Shown: positions 28,787 to 38,924, counted from the stretch's first letter. The stretch: DNA of 64,000 nucleotides from an uncultured Myxococcales bacterium (GCA_964537055.1 CAZHYV010000004.1:112661-176660); one strand, 5' to 3'. The notes: generated from the sequence alone by a model not told the origin. Translations and numbers: made by a program.

Positions 28787-30628
28787 ATGGAACAACGTTT
28801 TCGATTAGCATTAGCTCTGTGCGCTTTGGTGGTGCTGGGTTGGTTCTTTCTTTTTAAACCCTACCAGCAACCGCAAAATCAAAATGCCCCCCAAACAGCG
28901 CAGCAGCCAGGAACACCTCCAGCCGCATCGCCAGGGGGGAATCCCCCGGGTGCTTCTTCTCCCGGAGGGATTTCTTCATTACCTTCTTCTGCGATCCCAA
29001 ATGGTTCTATACAGGCAATAGCTCCGTCGAAGATGATCGTCGTTGAAAGCCCAGGTGTGTACCGCGCTAAAATGAACGAAATGGGCCTATTTAGCTTTGT
29101 GGTCTTAGAAGAGCGGTATAAATCCAACAATCAGCGAATCATGACATTCTCCCAAGGGATGAATGGAGCAGAATCTAAAGTTCTTGAGGGATACCAACCT
29201 ACAGAAATGATTCCTACCTACCGACCTTCGCTCGCAGTTTCGTTCCCAGGCCCGAATAGCAATTTTGAGATTCCTGCCTCGGCGATATGGCAACGAGAAT
29301 CTCCCTCTTCTGGAGAAGATTGCCTCCCTACATCCCAGCACATTGATGAGACTCATCTTTCAGTTTCTTCGTCAAAGTGTAAGGTAGCTTATCGGCTTGA
29401 GGTCCCTAATCAACTTCTGATCCGAAAATTGTTCTACTTTTATCCACATACGCAGAGAATTGATGTAGAGATAGAAATTACTAACCTAAGTTCCCAAATT
29501 TCTAACCACCACCTAGCAATTGGGCTCGAGAGCTTCCAAGACCCTTCAAAACCAAGCTTTTTCTCACAAAAAATTCCTCCTCGCGAAATGATATGGGATT
29601 ACGGGAATAGTATCTATAAGGGCTCTTTAGACGACTTGGTTGAGAAGAAATCATTCGAACATACCGAACATGATGTGCTTTGGTTTGGGATCAATCAACA
29701 ATATTTCCTGCAAGGGTTAATGCTTCCCCCTTACAACACCAATTCGAACACCAACCGAAAGCTTCAGTTTTTTGGCGATGCCCTGGGCATCATGTCTTCT
29801 TCGGTGAGTTTTGAGGAGCGTACGGTCAAGCCCCAAGAAAAGACGCTTTACCAGTTTGCCTACTACGCAGGTCCTAAAATCCCCGAGCGTTTAAGCGCCG
29901 TTCGTCTCTCAAGCCACTCTGATGATTCGAGAGGGTTACAAAATTCGGTAGATTATACACTAAGCTTTCTGGCCAAACCTCTTTTATGGATTTTGCGTAA
30001 AATTTACCAGGTGGTTCATCACTGGGGTCTAGCGATTGTGCTTTTGACACTGCTAGTAAAAATTCTGACTATCTACCCTACCTATCGAAGCAACCAATCG
30101 ATGAAGGCGATGTCCGAATTGAAACCGCAGATCGATCAGCTGCAGGAAAAGTATAAAGAGGACAAACAGCGACTCAATGTAGAAATCGCAAACCTGTATA
30201 AACGCCACGGGGTCAATCCTGTGGGTGGTTGCTTACCCATGCTGCTTCAAATGCCCATCTACATTGCACTTTACTCGATGATCGGAAACTCGATGGAGCT
30301 TTACCGGGCCTCTTTGATTACAGCCAAGTGGATTCCTGATTTGACAGCGGCTGATCCGTTCTACATCCTTCCCCTCTTAACCGGAGCGATGATGTATCTT
30401 CAGACCCGGCTTTCTCCTTCTTCGGGAGACCCGCAGCAAAAAATGATGGGTATCATGATGCCAGTGATCTTCACAGGGTTTAGTATTTTCCTGCCTGCTG
30501 GGCTTACCCTATACATTCTCACAAATACCGCTCTTGGTATGATCCAGCAATTTGTAACAAACCGCCTTTCAAAGAAGGCATCCCCGAAAAAACCACCTTC
30601 TGCAAAACCAAAGGCTGAGGAATCATAG
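28787..30628 (+). CDS. yidC: membrane protein insertase YidC
   Basis: 613 aa with an N-terminal TM helix, a periplasmic domain and a conserved C-terminal core (WGLAIVLLTLLVKIL, GGCLPMLLQMPIYIALY). Confidence 0.9.
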   Translation: MEQRFRLALALCALVVLGWFFLFKPYQQPQNQNAPQTAQQPGTPPAASPGGNPPGASSPGGISSLPSSAIPNGSIQAIAPSKMIVVESPGVYRAKMNEMGLFSFVVLEERYKSNNQRIMTFSQGMNGAESKVLEGYQPTEMIPTYRPSLAVSFPGPNSNFEIPASAIWQRESPSSGEDCLPTSQHIDETHLSVSSSKCKVAYRLEVPNQLLIRKLFYFYPHTQRIDVEIEITNLSSQISNHHLAIGLESFQDPSKPSFFSQKIPPREMIWDYGNSIYKGSLDDLVEKKSFEHTEHDVLWFGINQQYFLQGLMLPPYNTNSNTNRKLQFFGDALGIMSSSVSFEERTVKPQEKTLYQFAYYAGPKIPERLSAVRLSSHSDDSRGLQNSVDYTLSFLAKPLLWILRKIYQVVHHWGLAIVLLTLLVKILTIYPTYRSNQSMKAMSELKPQIDQLQEKYKEDKQRLNVEIANLYKRHGVNPVGGCLPMLLQMPIYIALYSMIGNSMELYRASLITAKWIPDLTAADPFYILPLLTGAMMYLQTRLSPSSGDPQQKMMGIMMPVIFTGFSIFLPAGLTLYILTNTALGMIQQFVTNRLSKKASPKKPPSAKPKAEES

Positions 30629-30640
30629 CCTCGTAAACCT

Positions 30641-32137
30641 ATGCATTCTGAAACAATGGCACCTTCTTTACAAGCAACCCAAGCTGCTCCTTTCCCAACG
30701 ATTGCTGCCATTGCCACTGGAGTTGGAGGAGGGGTTGGAATCATTCGAGTAAGTGGCCCTCTTGCAGAGCAGGTGGGAAGGCAGCTTTGTGACCCCTTGC
30801 CCGAATCTATCCAGAGTCATCGCCTTTATTTGACGAACTTCCACGAATGGCGTCCTGCTCGACTAGATGCTAGCGACGCTTCTTCTGTATCAGTGAACAG
30901 CACTCCTACAAGGTCCACCCATTCTCGTGGAGAATCCATCGACCAGGGTCTGGTTTGCCTGATGAAGGCACCAAACTCCTACACGGGGGAGGATGTTCTT
31001 GAGGTCCACGCTCATGGGGGTGCGGTGAATCTGAACCGGATCCTTGCTTCGATTTTTTCGATGGGTGTATCCCCCGCCGAGCCGGGCGAATTTACCAAGC
31101 GAGCCTTTTTGGCAGGCAAACTCGACCTAACGCAAGCAGAAGCCGTAGCTGCGCTCGTCGGTTCTCAATCCGTGCAGGCAACAAGGCATGCCCGAAGGCA
31201 GCTGAGCGGAGAAATGGGCAAAGATCTCTCTATGGTTCGGAAGCGCATTCTGTACTTCCTCGGTTCCATCGAAGGAGGCCTTGATTTTCCTGATCTAGGG
31301 CCCGAAGAAGATCTTTCGAAAGAGAATCTTGCGGAGCTGGTATCAATCCAATCGAAACTTCAGCACCTTGCCTCTACCTTCTCAAATGCAGGGAACGTCA
31401 TGTCTCAAGGTATCGAGGTGCTCCTTCTAGGACGAACCAATGCGGGAAAATCCAGCCTGATTAACGCCCTTTGTGGTACAGAACGTGTTTTGGTAGATGC
31501 TGAACCAGGAACCACCCGCGACTTTGTCGAAGTCCGGACTACCTTTCGGGATGTTTCGCTAACTTTAATTGATACAGCGGGAGAGCGGCTCCTTGCAACC
31601 AAGCTTGAGCAAGAGGGAAAACGCCTTGCTATGCGTCGAGGCATGCACGCCGATCTGATTCTGCTGGTAGTGGATGGTACTGCAGGGTTCGGTAACGAAG
31701 AGCAAAAGCTGCTTTCCGAAATTCCCAACCAAGTCCCGGTTCTTCTCGTATGGAACAAAATGGATGGGCTTGGGTTTACCCTGCCAAGCGTAGCAGAAAA
31801 CCCTTTTGGGCCACGGATGTTTCCTAAAGAGCACATTGTCTCCTGCTCTGCCTTATGCGGATGGGGCCTTGACACGCTGAAGGAAGCTATTCTGCAAACA
31901 CTGGCTCCCCATTTTGGAGAAGAAACCGTCATCTTAAACGCCAGACAAGCGCGCCTTCTGTCTAAAGCATCAGATAGACTCTACGGAGCAATCCAGGGAA
32001 TCCGCTTGAAAACCTCGATGGATGTGGTTGCAGCTGAGCTACGGCTTGCAGCTTTAGCGCTCGGTGAACTTACCGGGGAAGAAGTGGCCGAGTCAGTGGT
32101 CGATGAGATTTTTGCTCAATTTTGTATCGGAAAATAA
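30641..32137 (+). CDS. mnmE: tRNA modification GTPase MnmE
   Basis: G-domain motifs GRTNAGKSSL, DTAGER and NKMD, with the C-terminal CIGK tetrapeptide. Confidence 0.9.
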   Translation: MHSETMAPSLQATQAAPFPTIAAIATGVGGGVGIIRVSGPLAEQVGRQLCDPLPESIQSHRLYLTNFHEWRPARLDASDASSVSVNSTPTRSTHSRGESIDQGLVCLMKAPNSYTGEDVLEVHAHGGAVNLNRILASIFSMGVSPAEPGEFTKRAFLAGKLDLTQAEAVAALVGSQSVQATRHARRQLSGEMGKDLSMVRKRILYFLGSIEGGLDFPDLGPEEDLSKENLAELVSIQSKLQHLASTFSNAGNVMSQGIEVLLLGRTNAGKSSLINALCGTERVLVDAEPGTTRDFVEVRTTFRDVSLTLIDTAGERLLATKLEQEGKRLAMRRGMHADLILLVVDGTAGFGNEEQKLLSEIPNQVPVLLVWNKMDGLGFTLPSVAENPFGPRMFPKEHIVSCSALCGWGLDTLKEAILQTLAPHFGEETVILNARQARLLSKASDRLYGAIQGIRLKTSMDVVAAELRLAALALGELTGEEVAESVVDEIFAQFCIGK

Positions 32138-32144
32138 TGACACC

Positions 32145-32771
32145 ATGCCAGATACGTTTCCTCCTCCAACCCTTGTTCAGGAAGCAAACAAGCTGGGTCT
32201 TTCTATTCCAGAAACTCAACTTGCCCAGTTTCAAGCCTATACACGTCTGTTACAAAGTTGGAATCAAAAGATGAACCTCACTGCCATCCGAGAGGGACAT
32301 CGTATTGTGACCCACCACTTTTTGGATAGCTTGGTTCTGGTCTCTTATCTTTCAGAATCACCCTCTTTGTCCTTAGTCGATGTCGGCAGTGGGGCCGGGT
32401 TTCCTGGGGCAGTCTGTGCGATCATGCGGCCCTCCTGGAAGGTGACGCTGGTCGAGAGAATCCAAAAGAAGGCCGCCTTTTTGCTTGCTCTCCGCCGGGA
32501 ACTAGGTCTCTCGTTTGAGGTGCTCGCAACAGATGTAAATCAGCTAAAGAGACAGTTTGACTACGTAGTCTCACGAGCAACATTTCCTCCACCCGTGTGG
32601 CTTCAGGTAGGAGCCTCCTTGGTTGCTGAAGACGGATATCTGTTTGCGATGCTGGGTCCTAGCGCCCCTCAGTTAACACCTCCACTTGGCTTTGAACCTA
32701 GGATAGATGTCTCTTATGATGTGGGAGCAGGACGCCACACCCTGAAGGGGTATTATCGAACAGCTCGCTAA
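32145..32771 (+). CDS. rsmG: 16S rRNA (guanine527-N7)-methyltransferase RsmG
   Basis: LTAIREGHRIVTHHFLDSL and a SAM motif DVGSGAGFPG. The start is set at the first Met after the mnmE stop. Confidence 0.85.
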   Translation: MPDTFPPPTLVQEANKLGLSIPETQLAQFQAYTRLLQSWNQKMNLTAIREGHRIVTHHFLDSLVLVSYLSESPSLSLVDVGSGAGFPGAVCAIMRPSWKVTLVERIQKKAAFLLALRRELGLSFEVLATDVNQLKRQFDYVVSRATFPPPVWLQVGASLVAEDGYLFAMLGPSAPQLTPPLGFEPRIDVSYDVGAGRHTLKGYYRTAR

Positions 32772-32793
32772 TGATTACGTATAGGAGAATTCA

Positions 32794-33312
32794 ATGAAAA
32801 CATTATGCTTCTTTCATAGATTGCTTGCTCTTTTTGTTATTTTTCTCATCGGACTAACCTTGGGCAAGCCATCTTTGATCCTTGCACAGTCCTTCGAGTC
32901 AAATTTATCCTCGTTTGGGAGCTCCTCGTCTTTTCAAGGGTTCTCTCCTGTTTCTCCAACCCTCTTTCCTAGGCCCTTGGCTTCGATCTCCCTTCAGCAG
33001 ACAGCACCTTTTGGATCGAATGATGCCGAAATGCAAAAAGCGATGGAGCAAAGGAAACGGCAGCGAAAGATCATTGGCGGGTCTTTGATTGGGGTAGGTA
33101 CTGCAGTGACTGTGACTTCTATCATTCTTATCGGCCTGGCAGCCTATAACAAACTTCCCTTGCCTGGGGAATGTGGTTGGCACTCAGGAATCGCTGGAGA
33201 TCCCTGTGTGGTCGATCTAGGGAAACCGGGCACAAAAGCAGCTTTTGGTGTCTCAACGCTCATCGGCTTAGGAGGGATCGCCGCTGGAATTGCAGTCATG
33301 TTTACGTACTAA
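32794..33312 (+). CDS. hypothetical small membrane protein (a paralog of 33861..34286)
   Basis: Signal/TM N-terminus, a Ser-rich spacer, a Gly-rich TM helix and a C-terminal TM helix; shares TKAA(F/Y)..ST with the downstream paralog. Confidence 0.45.
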   Translation: MKTLCFFHRLLALFVIFLIGLTLGKPSLILAQSFESNLSSFGSSSSFQGFSPVSPTLFPRPLASISLQQTAPFGSNDAEMQKAMEQRKRQRKIIGGSLIGVGTAVTVTSIILIGLAAYNKLPLPGECGWHSGIAGDPCVVDLGKPGTKAAFGVSTLIGLGGIAAGIAVMFTY

Positions 33313-33414
33313 AAAATTTTCTAAAAACATCGAGTCTCCCCTTGAATCTGGGATTTTCTGGTATAAGATACCTAAAGAAGGGTCGGACGGCTTAGGCATC
33401 CGAGTGGAAAAGGG

Positions 33415-33804
33415 ATGAAAACACAAATTCAGCTAAACGGGAAGAAGGAAATCTCCCGCTTTATTTCGCTTCTGAGTTTAGGGGTATGTACCGCCTTAAA
33501 AGAGGGCGCGATCAATGTCGAGGAAGCTGCTGGTTATCTTTTTAACCCCTTTACGAAAGCAACGCTCAAATCATTAGGCATCCCTGCCAAAGTTGTTGAT
33601 TTGATTCGGTTAGGTGCCGAACTGGGAGAAGTTCAGAGCCTGGTGCCCCTGGCCATGCCTCAATCAATTCGGCATATCGAAAATCGAGCCATGAACGCAC
33701 TCTCCGCTCTCCCCAAGACAGCTCCCTACGACATGCGAAAGTGGTTTACCGGTCTTCGAAGACAGTCCCCCTCCAAAAGTACGACCAAACGAACCTCGCC
33801 GTAG
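33415..33804 (+). CDS. hypothetical protein
   Basis: 129-aa ORF with an RBS-like aaagggatg upstream; no recognisable family. Confidence 0.35.
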   Translation: MKTQIQLNGKKEISRFISLLSLGVCTALKEGAINVEEAAGYLFNPFTKATLKSLGIPAKVVDLIRLGAELGEVQSLVPLAMPQSIRHIENRAMNALSALPKTAPYDMRKWFTGLRRQSPSKSTTKRTSP

Positions 33805-33860
33805 CACAAGCGCCATTTTTACCTCTTGTAAAACTTCAGTGAATCTATAAAATCTACGGG

Positions 33861-34286
33861 ATGAAAATTCTCTCGGGGCTTCTTTCAGCCTGTGTACTCT
33901 TCTACCTGAATGCGTGCAGCATTTCGGATCCTTCTTTTGTTCGAGGGTCTGAGAGAATGAATCTATCTTTCACTTCTCCAACCCATGGCGAACAACCGAA
34001 TGGCCTCGAGAAAAAGACTCCCTCTTTCAAATCCCATTATCTTGGAAGTTCGATTCTGCTCGGGGTGGGCCTCTTAGGCTTGATTCCAGGAGGAATTCTT
34101 TATTCTATGGATGGAAATCCCACTGGAGACTTATGTCCGGTAGGAGAAGCAATGTATCCTTGTCATTGGAATACGAAGGCTGCTTATGCGTCGACGTTTG
34201 CAACAGCTGGGGTTGGAATTTCAAGCGGGCTGATCTGGCTTCTCGTCACAGCCGCTGGGGAGCATAAAGCCAGGGGAACCCATTAG
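33861..34286 (+). CDS. hypothetical lipoprotein or small membrane protein (a paralog of 32794..33312)
   Basis: Lipobox-like LNAC; the same TM/Gly-rich architecture and TKAAY motif as 32794..33312. Confidence 0.45.
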   Translation: MKILSGLLSACVLFYLNACSISDPSFVRGSERMNLSFTSPTHGEQPNGLEKKTPSFKSHYLGSSILLGVGLLGLIPGGILYSMDGNPTGDLCPVGEAMYPCHWNTKAAYASTFATAGVGISSGLIWLLVTAAGEHKARGTH

Positions 34287-34296
34287 AGAGTATGTT

Positions 34297-34851
34297 ATGA
34301 ATTTTTTTAGCCTGTTTGTTTTCTGCCTGTTTGCCTTCATCTTTTCCCAATGTAATTGCCTCACCCTTTTCCGATCCCGAGAAGTAGGCACTGGGGTCCT
34401 TGCCGGGCCTGCCTTACAAAAAGGAGCTGAGTTATCACAACGGCTTGCAGGACGAGAGGAAGCCTTACAAAGAGCTATGGATGAAATGGAAACGGCTGGA
34501 TCTGCAGTTATGGAGGAGGCTCCTGTCGTCGCAGAGCAAGTCGCCGCTGCGCTTGAGGCCACACCAACTGCGCTTGAAACCCTACAGGCGATGTCAACCG
34601 AAGAGCTCCCCTGGATTGTACGCTCTGGTCAGGTCCCTCCATGGCTTTCGTCAGAATCAAACCAACTTGTGACCCAATGGAGAGAGTTTTCTAGAAATAT
34701 GAATCATCCTTTTGAACGGTCCAGGTACATCCTGCGAAATCCAGAGGGAGTTTTAGAGTTTTTGAATACCCTCAAAAGTGCGGATTATGGCACCATCATT
34801 TCTGAAGAAAGGCTGGTTACTTTGTTTCAACAAGCGATGAGATCTTCTTAG
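34297..34851 (+). CDS. hypothetical protein
   Basis: 184-aa ORF with an N-terminal hydrophobic segment; no family recognised. Confidence 0.35.
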   Translation: MNFFSLFVFCLFAFIFSQCNCLTLFRSREVGTGVLAGPALQKGAELSQRLAGREEALQRAMDEMETAGSAVMEEAPVVAEQVAAALEATPTALETLQAMSTEELPWIVRSGQVPPWLSSESNQLVTQWREFSRNMNHPFERSRYILRNPEGVLEFLNTLKSADYGTIISEERLVTLFQQAMRSS

Positions 34852-34879
34852 GATCCCACAAGCCCTTCCCTGGGTAGAT

Positions 34880-36274
34880 TTAGCCGGGGCTCTTCATCCG
34901 CTCGGCCCTTTTCTTCTCCCGGTACCCCAATCGGTGTGTTTGCGGAGTGCGGCTTAACGCCAAAGCTCCCTCTGGCACATCCTGAGTCACTGTGGTTCCT
35001 GCGGCAACAACAGCCTCCTTTCCCACCCGGACAGGGGCGACCAGCTGTGTATCCGAACCGATAAAGGCGCCATCCTCGATAATGGTACGGTGTTTCTGGT
35101 AGCCATCATAGTTACAGGTAATGGTTCCACAACCGATATTGACCTGCTCCCCCACCTCGGCGTCGCCCAAATAGGTAAGATGGTTTGCTTTACTTCCCTT
35201 GCCGATAAACGTTTTTTTAAGCTCGACGAAATTTCCAATACGCACATAGGGTCCCAAGTAATTGTCAGGCCGCAAATGGGCAAACGGTCCAATCTTGGTT
35301 CCTGTCTCGATCTGGCTTTCATAGATCACCGTATACGGTTTTATATGGCAGTCCGCTGCAATTTTCGCATCGTGAATCACACACCCCGATTCTATGATAC
35401 AATCATCCCCAATGGTACTTCCCCCTGTGATTTGAACGTTTGAACCAATCCATACATCCGTGCCAATTCGAACCCCTGGTTCAATGTACGTCGTCGCAGG
35501 ATCGAGCAGGGTGACACCCTGCCTCATATGTCCTTCATTGATCCGATACCTCAACGTTTGCTCGGCCCTTGCAAGATCTACCCGGTCGTTAATCCCTTGT
35601 ACTTCTTCTGAGGAAACCTCGATGGCTTCGACTCGGTGCTCTTTGGCAGCCAACTCAACAATATCTGTTAAGTAGAGTTCTTTTTGCGCATTGTCAGGCG
35701 TAAGCAAGCTTAGTGACTTCCGTAAAAAGCTTGCTTTCACTGCATAGATTCCGGCGTTGACTTCAGAAATAGCTGTTTGCGCTTTTGTACAATCTCTCTC
35801 TTCGACAATCCGCTCGACCTCCTGAGTCTGAGGATTTCGTAGAATCCGTCCGTATCCCTTAGGATGCAGGAGCCGGGTTGACAAAAAAGCAAGGTTGTTT
35901 CCAAACGCTTTCTGTAATAGAAGCTCAATCGTTTCCCGTTGAAGAAGAGGCGTATCCCCGTAAAGGATGAGCACGTAGTCCACACTTTCTGGAACTGAAG
36001 GAAGCGCTGTTAGAACCGCATGTCCCGTCCCACGCTGCTCTGTCTGCAAAACGGGATAAAAAGGTACGGTCTCTCGATAAGAGGCCAAGGATGCCTCCAC
36101 TTGCGCAGCTTGGTGGCCTAGGACCAAATAAATTTCATGTGGGTTGATCTTTGCCGCCAGCTCTAATCCGTAAGCGACCATGGGTCTTCCCCCAAGGCGA
36201 TGGAGAACTTTCGGAGTCTTTGATTTCATGCGGGAACCCTGCCCTGCAGCCAAAATGATGGTAGCAACTCTCAT
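34880..36274 (-). CDS. glmU: bifunctional UDP-N-acetylglucosamine pyrophosphorylase / glucosamine-1-phosphate N-acetyltransferase
   Basis: MRVATIILAAGQGSRMKS nucleotidyltransferase N-terminus and a C-terminal left-handed beta-helix with hexapeptide repeats; 464 aa. Confidence 0.9.
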   Translation of the reverse strand: MRVATIILAAGQGSRMKSKTPKVLHRLGGRPMVAYGLELAAKINPHEIYLVLGHQAAQVEASLASYRETVPFYPVLQTEQRGTGHAVLTALPSVPESVDYVLILYGDTPLLQRETIELLLQKAFGNNLAFLSTRLLHPKGYGRILRNPQTQEVERIVEERDCTKAQTAISEVNAGIYAVKASFLRKSLSLLTPDNAQKELYLTDIVELAAKEHRVEAIEVSSEEVQGINDRVDLARAEQTLRYRINEGHMRQGVTLLDPATTYIEPGVRIGTDVWIGSNVQITGGSTIGDDCIIESGCVIHDAKIAADCHIKPYTVIYESQIETGTKIGPFAHLRPDNYLGPYVRIGNFVELKKTFIGKGSKANHLTYLGDAEVGEQVNIGCGTITCNYDGYQKHRTIIEDGAFIGSDTQLVAPVRVGKEAVVAAGTTVTQDVPEGALALSRTPQTHRLGYREKKRAERMKSPG

Positions 36275-36337
36275 CCTGTAGGCGTAGCATATTTCTAGTT
36301 GAGGCAGAAATATTTAGCGTGTTTGCATACTTTTTAC

Positions 36338-37054
36338 CTACATGCCTTTAGAGAGCAGGTGAAGATACAAAAATCCTATCACCATCCCAACCCCAAGTAG
36401 GATCATCTGTATAGTAAGCCTTTTCCGATTGAGGGTTGCTCCTGAATAGCTTTTCTGCATAAGATCCGGAGAGACGATCCCTCCAAGCCCAAACAGAAGA
36501 AGGATGGGGCCTGCTACAGTCGATTGGTCATAAAAATATCCCTCGGTCGTTGCAGTATGCCATGACCAAGCAATCAGGCCAAGGCCAAGAACCATAAGGC
36601 CTATTGCCACCCACGTATTTTTATGGGAGGGCGAAAATCCCCCTTCCTTTATGACAAGAGGCTTTTGTTCGATCTGAGCAAGGGTTAATGCTTCAGAAAG
36701 AATTTGAACCAGGGGTTTTCCCTGAGCATTGACAAAATAATGGTAAACATCGGGAGCATTGGAATTTAGCGAAAACCGTTGCCCTTGAAATGTAGAAAGA
36801 TTCGCCAAATCTGCAATGACCTTGTCGACAGGCATTTGACGTAGCTCTTTCTCGATTTGGACCAGCTCTTCCTTTGCTTTTGCTAAGTGGAGAGGCGAAA
36901 GCTCGGACTCTCGCCAGTCTCCCAAAAGCACCGGGAACTTCGCACCTCGGCCTTGGGGCTCGAGGCGATAGCTTATGGTCGCAAAGAAGGCCTCACTGAC
37001 TGCCTGTTCTGCCCAGGGTATGGAGGTTTTCCCTACGGAAAGTTGAGTTTTCAT
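36338..37054 (-). CDS. hypothetical membrane protein
   Basis: 238 aa with C-terminal TM helices; unassigned. Confidence 0.4.
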   Translation of the reverse strand: MKTQLSVGKTSIPWAEQAVSEAFFATISYRLEPQGRGAKFPVLLGDWRESELSPLHLAKAKEELVQIEKELRQMPVDKVIADLANLSTFQGQRFSLNSNAPDVYHYFVNAQGKPLVQILSEALTLAQIEQKPLVIKEGGFSPSHKNTWVAIGLMVLGLGLIAWSWHTATTEGYFYDQSTVAGPILLLFGLGGIVSPDLMQKSYSGATLNRKRLTIQMILLGVGMVIGFLYLHLLSKGM

Positions 37055-37082
37055 AGAAGCTCCTACAGGATGAGTTCCTGCT

Positions 37083-37736
37083 TTATCCCGCCTTCTCTGT
37101 GGTGGGAGAATGAATTTTTTGAAAGATTTGTTTTTTTTGACGATGATGTCTGCCCAGCCTCGTTAAGCCAATGCTTAAAAAGATGACACCGATAAGAAGA
37201 ATGGGAAGCATGATTGCCAACATGCCCCAAAGAGGAACTCCCTCCTGAATGCGTAACTCGCCCGTAAGCACACCCCGAAGGATCCATCCTTCCACCAAGA
37301 TGAACAATGCGATAAAAATGGAGGACAATCCTGCCAGAAGGTAGTGAAACCATAAAGATAGCGTATCACTCGTTCGGATGTTCCCAAGGTCTGCTAATAT
37401 CTGAGGCAAGGCGAAGAGAGAAATGCCTTCTCGCTTACAGAAAAACATCATACTTTGCGGCAAAGGATAAAGCTTTCCGTCTGAATTCGATCGTAATACC
37501 AAGTACTCTCCCCGTTTTAAGGGAACCGGAAACACCGTATTTGTCTGGGCTCCTTGAGCATCTACCACGATGGGAGCCTCGGGGGAAGATCCGAGTACTG
37601 GATGAAGCATTCTTGTAAATACTTCGAGAGACCACTCTTCCTTGGCCTCTTGCTTCCAAGGATTTGGGCCGAACCACTTTACCCACGTACGAAGGCGAAC
37701 AGGTTTTTGACGATACCAAAGAAAGAACCAAAGCAT
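37083..37736 (-). CDS. hypothetical membrane protein
   Basis: 217 aa with a central TM pair; unassigned. Confidence 0.4.
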   Translation of the reverse strand: MLWFFLWYRQKPVRLRTWVKWFGPNPWKQEAKEEWSLEVFTRMLHPVLGSSPEAPIVVDAQGAQTNTVFPVPLKRGEYLVLRSNSDGKLYPLPQSMMFFCKREGISLFALPQILADLGNIRTSDTLSLWFHYLLAGLSSIFIALFILVEGWILRGVLTGELRIQEGVPLWGMLAIMLPILLIGVIFLSIGLTRLGRHHRQKKQIFQKIHSPTTEKAG

Positions 37737-37856
37737 GGACTATCTATAGCATAGATTTGCCTATACGCCAACGAAGAGATGTTCCAAACCCATGTTGAGA
37801 GGAGACTTTGCAGGCTTGATAGGCTTCTTCGGACTCCTTTGCGTGAGGCGAGGCCC

Positions 37857-38924
37857 CTATGCTTCTGACGCTAGCATCTGTAAGAACCAATCTTCATCGC
37901 TAATATTTTCAACGTCGACAAATTTTTTTGCAAGACTCTTCTGAATCTGCTCTATCGCAGAAACGAACGTTTTTTCCATGTAGTGTTTTTCGAGCAGAGG
38001 ATGGATGTAATATCTCCGACAGACGCTTGGCGTATTGCCAAGCTGTTTTGCGACTTGCTTCACAATCTCGCTATACCCTTTCTTTGAGGGGATTTTCCTG
38101 GAGGAAACCGCTGGCTCCTCACTCTGAAAACACGCTTTTAGCTTTTGAAAGGCGCATAAAGTTCCTGAAAAGGTACGAAAATCTTTTGCTGTAAACTCAT
38201 TGCCCGTGACTTCGTAAAGGTACTGGTTGACATCCGAGGAGCCAATGCTACAAAGCTCGTGGTTCTCATCCATGTATTGAAACAGGTCCTGCCCGGGCAG
38301 CTCTTGGCATTGCTTCACAATACGAGCAAGCTGTCTATCCGCAAGATCAATTTTGTGAAAGATGCCACTTTTCCCTCGAAAACGAAAGTGAATGGTGCTT
38401 TTGTCAATTTGGACATGATGGTTCTTGAGCGTAGTTAACCCAAAGGATCGGTTGGTTTTTGCATATGCTTCGTTCCCAATTCGAATTGATGTCGTCTCTA
38501 ATAGCCGAACCACCGTTGCAAGCACTTTTTCCTTCGGTAAACCTTTCAGTGTAAGGTGTTCCTCCACCTGCTTGCGTACTAAAGGTAAACTCTTTACGAA
38601 CATGAGCATTTTTTCGAATTTGGTTTCGTTCCTGATCGAAGAAAACGCTGGATGATAGAGATACTGTTTCCGATCTCTTGCATCGCGTCCCGTTGCCTGT
38701 AAATGTCCCTTTGGGTGAGGGCTAATCCACACCTTCGTCCATGCAGGAGGAATGCGCAATGCCTTGATCCGAAGAAGATGCTCCTTATCAATTAGAGCTT
38801 GGCCCTGTTGATCAAAATAACGGAACCCTCGTCCATACCGCCTTCGAGTAAACCCCGTGCTTTGATCAGAAACATATCGAAGCCCTGCTTCTTTTGCACT
38901 TTGCTTGGGTGCTGGCGCATTCAT
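37857..38924 (-). CDS. type IB DNA topoisomerase (poxvirus/bacterial TopIB family)
   Basis: N-terminus GFTRRRYGRGFRYFDQQGQ, core TSIRIGNEAYAK...GLTTLK, and a C-terminal catalytic-Tyr region NTPSVCRRYYIHP; 355 aa. Confidence 0.8.
   Translation of the reverse strand: MNAPAPKQSAKEAGLRYVSDQSTGFTRRRYGRGFRYFDQQGQALIDKEHLLRIKALRIPPAWTKVWISPHPKGHLQATGRDARDRKQYLYHPAFSSIRNETKFEKMLMFVKSLPLVRKQVEEHLTLKGLPKEKVLATVVRLLETTSIRIGNEAYAKTNRSFGLTTLKNHHVQIDKSTIHFRFRGKSGIFHKIDLADRQLARIVKQCQELPGQDLFQYMDENHELCSIGSSDVNQYLYEVTGNEFTAKDFRTFSGTLCAFQKLKACFQSEEPAVSSRKIPSKKGYSEIVKQVAKQLGNTPSVCRRYYIHPLLEKHYMEKTFVSAIEQIQKSLAKKFVDVENISDEDWFLQMLASEA

Noticed and set aside
31405-31932. The 175-aa antisense ORF inside mnmE
   Set aside because: It is nested within a highly conserved GTPase gene and gives a Ser/Arg/Pro-rich wrong-frame product.
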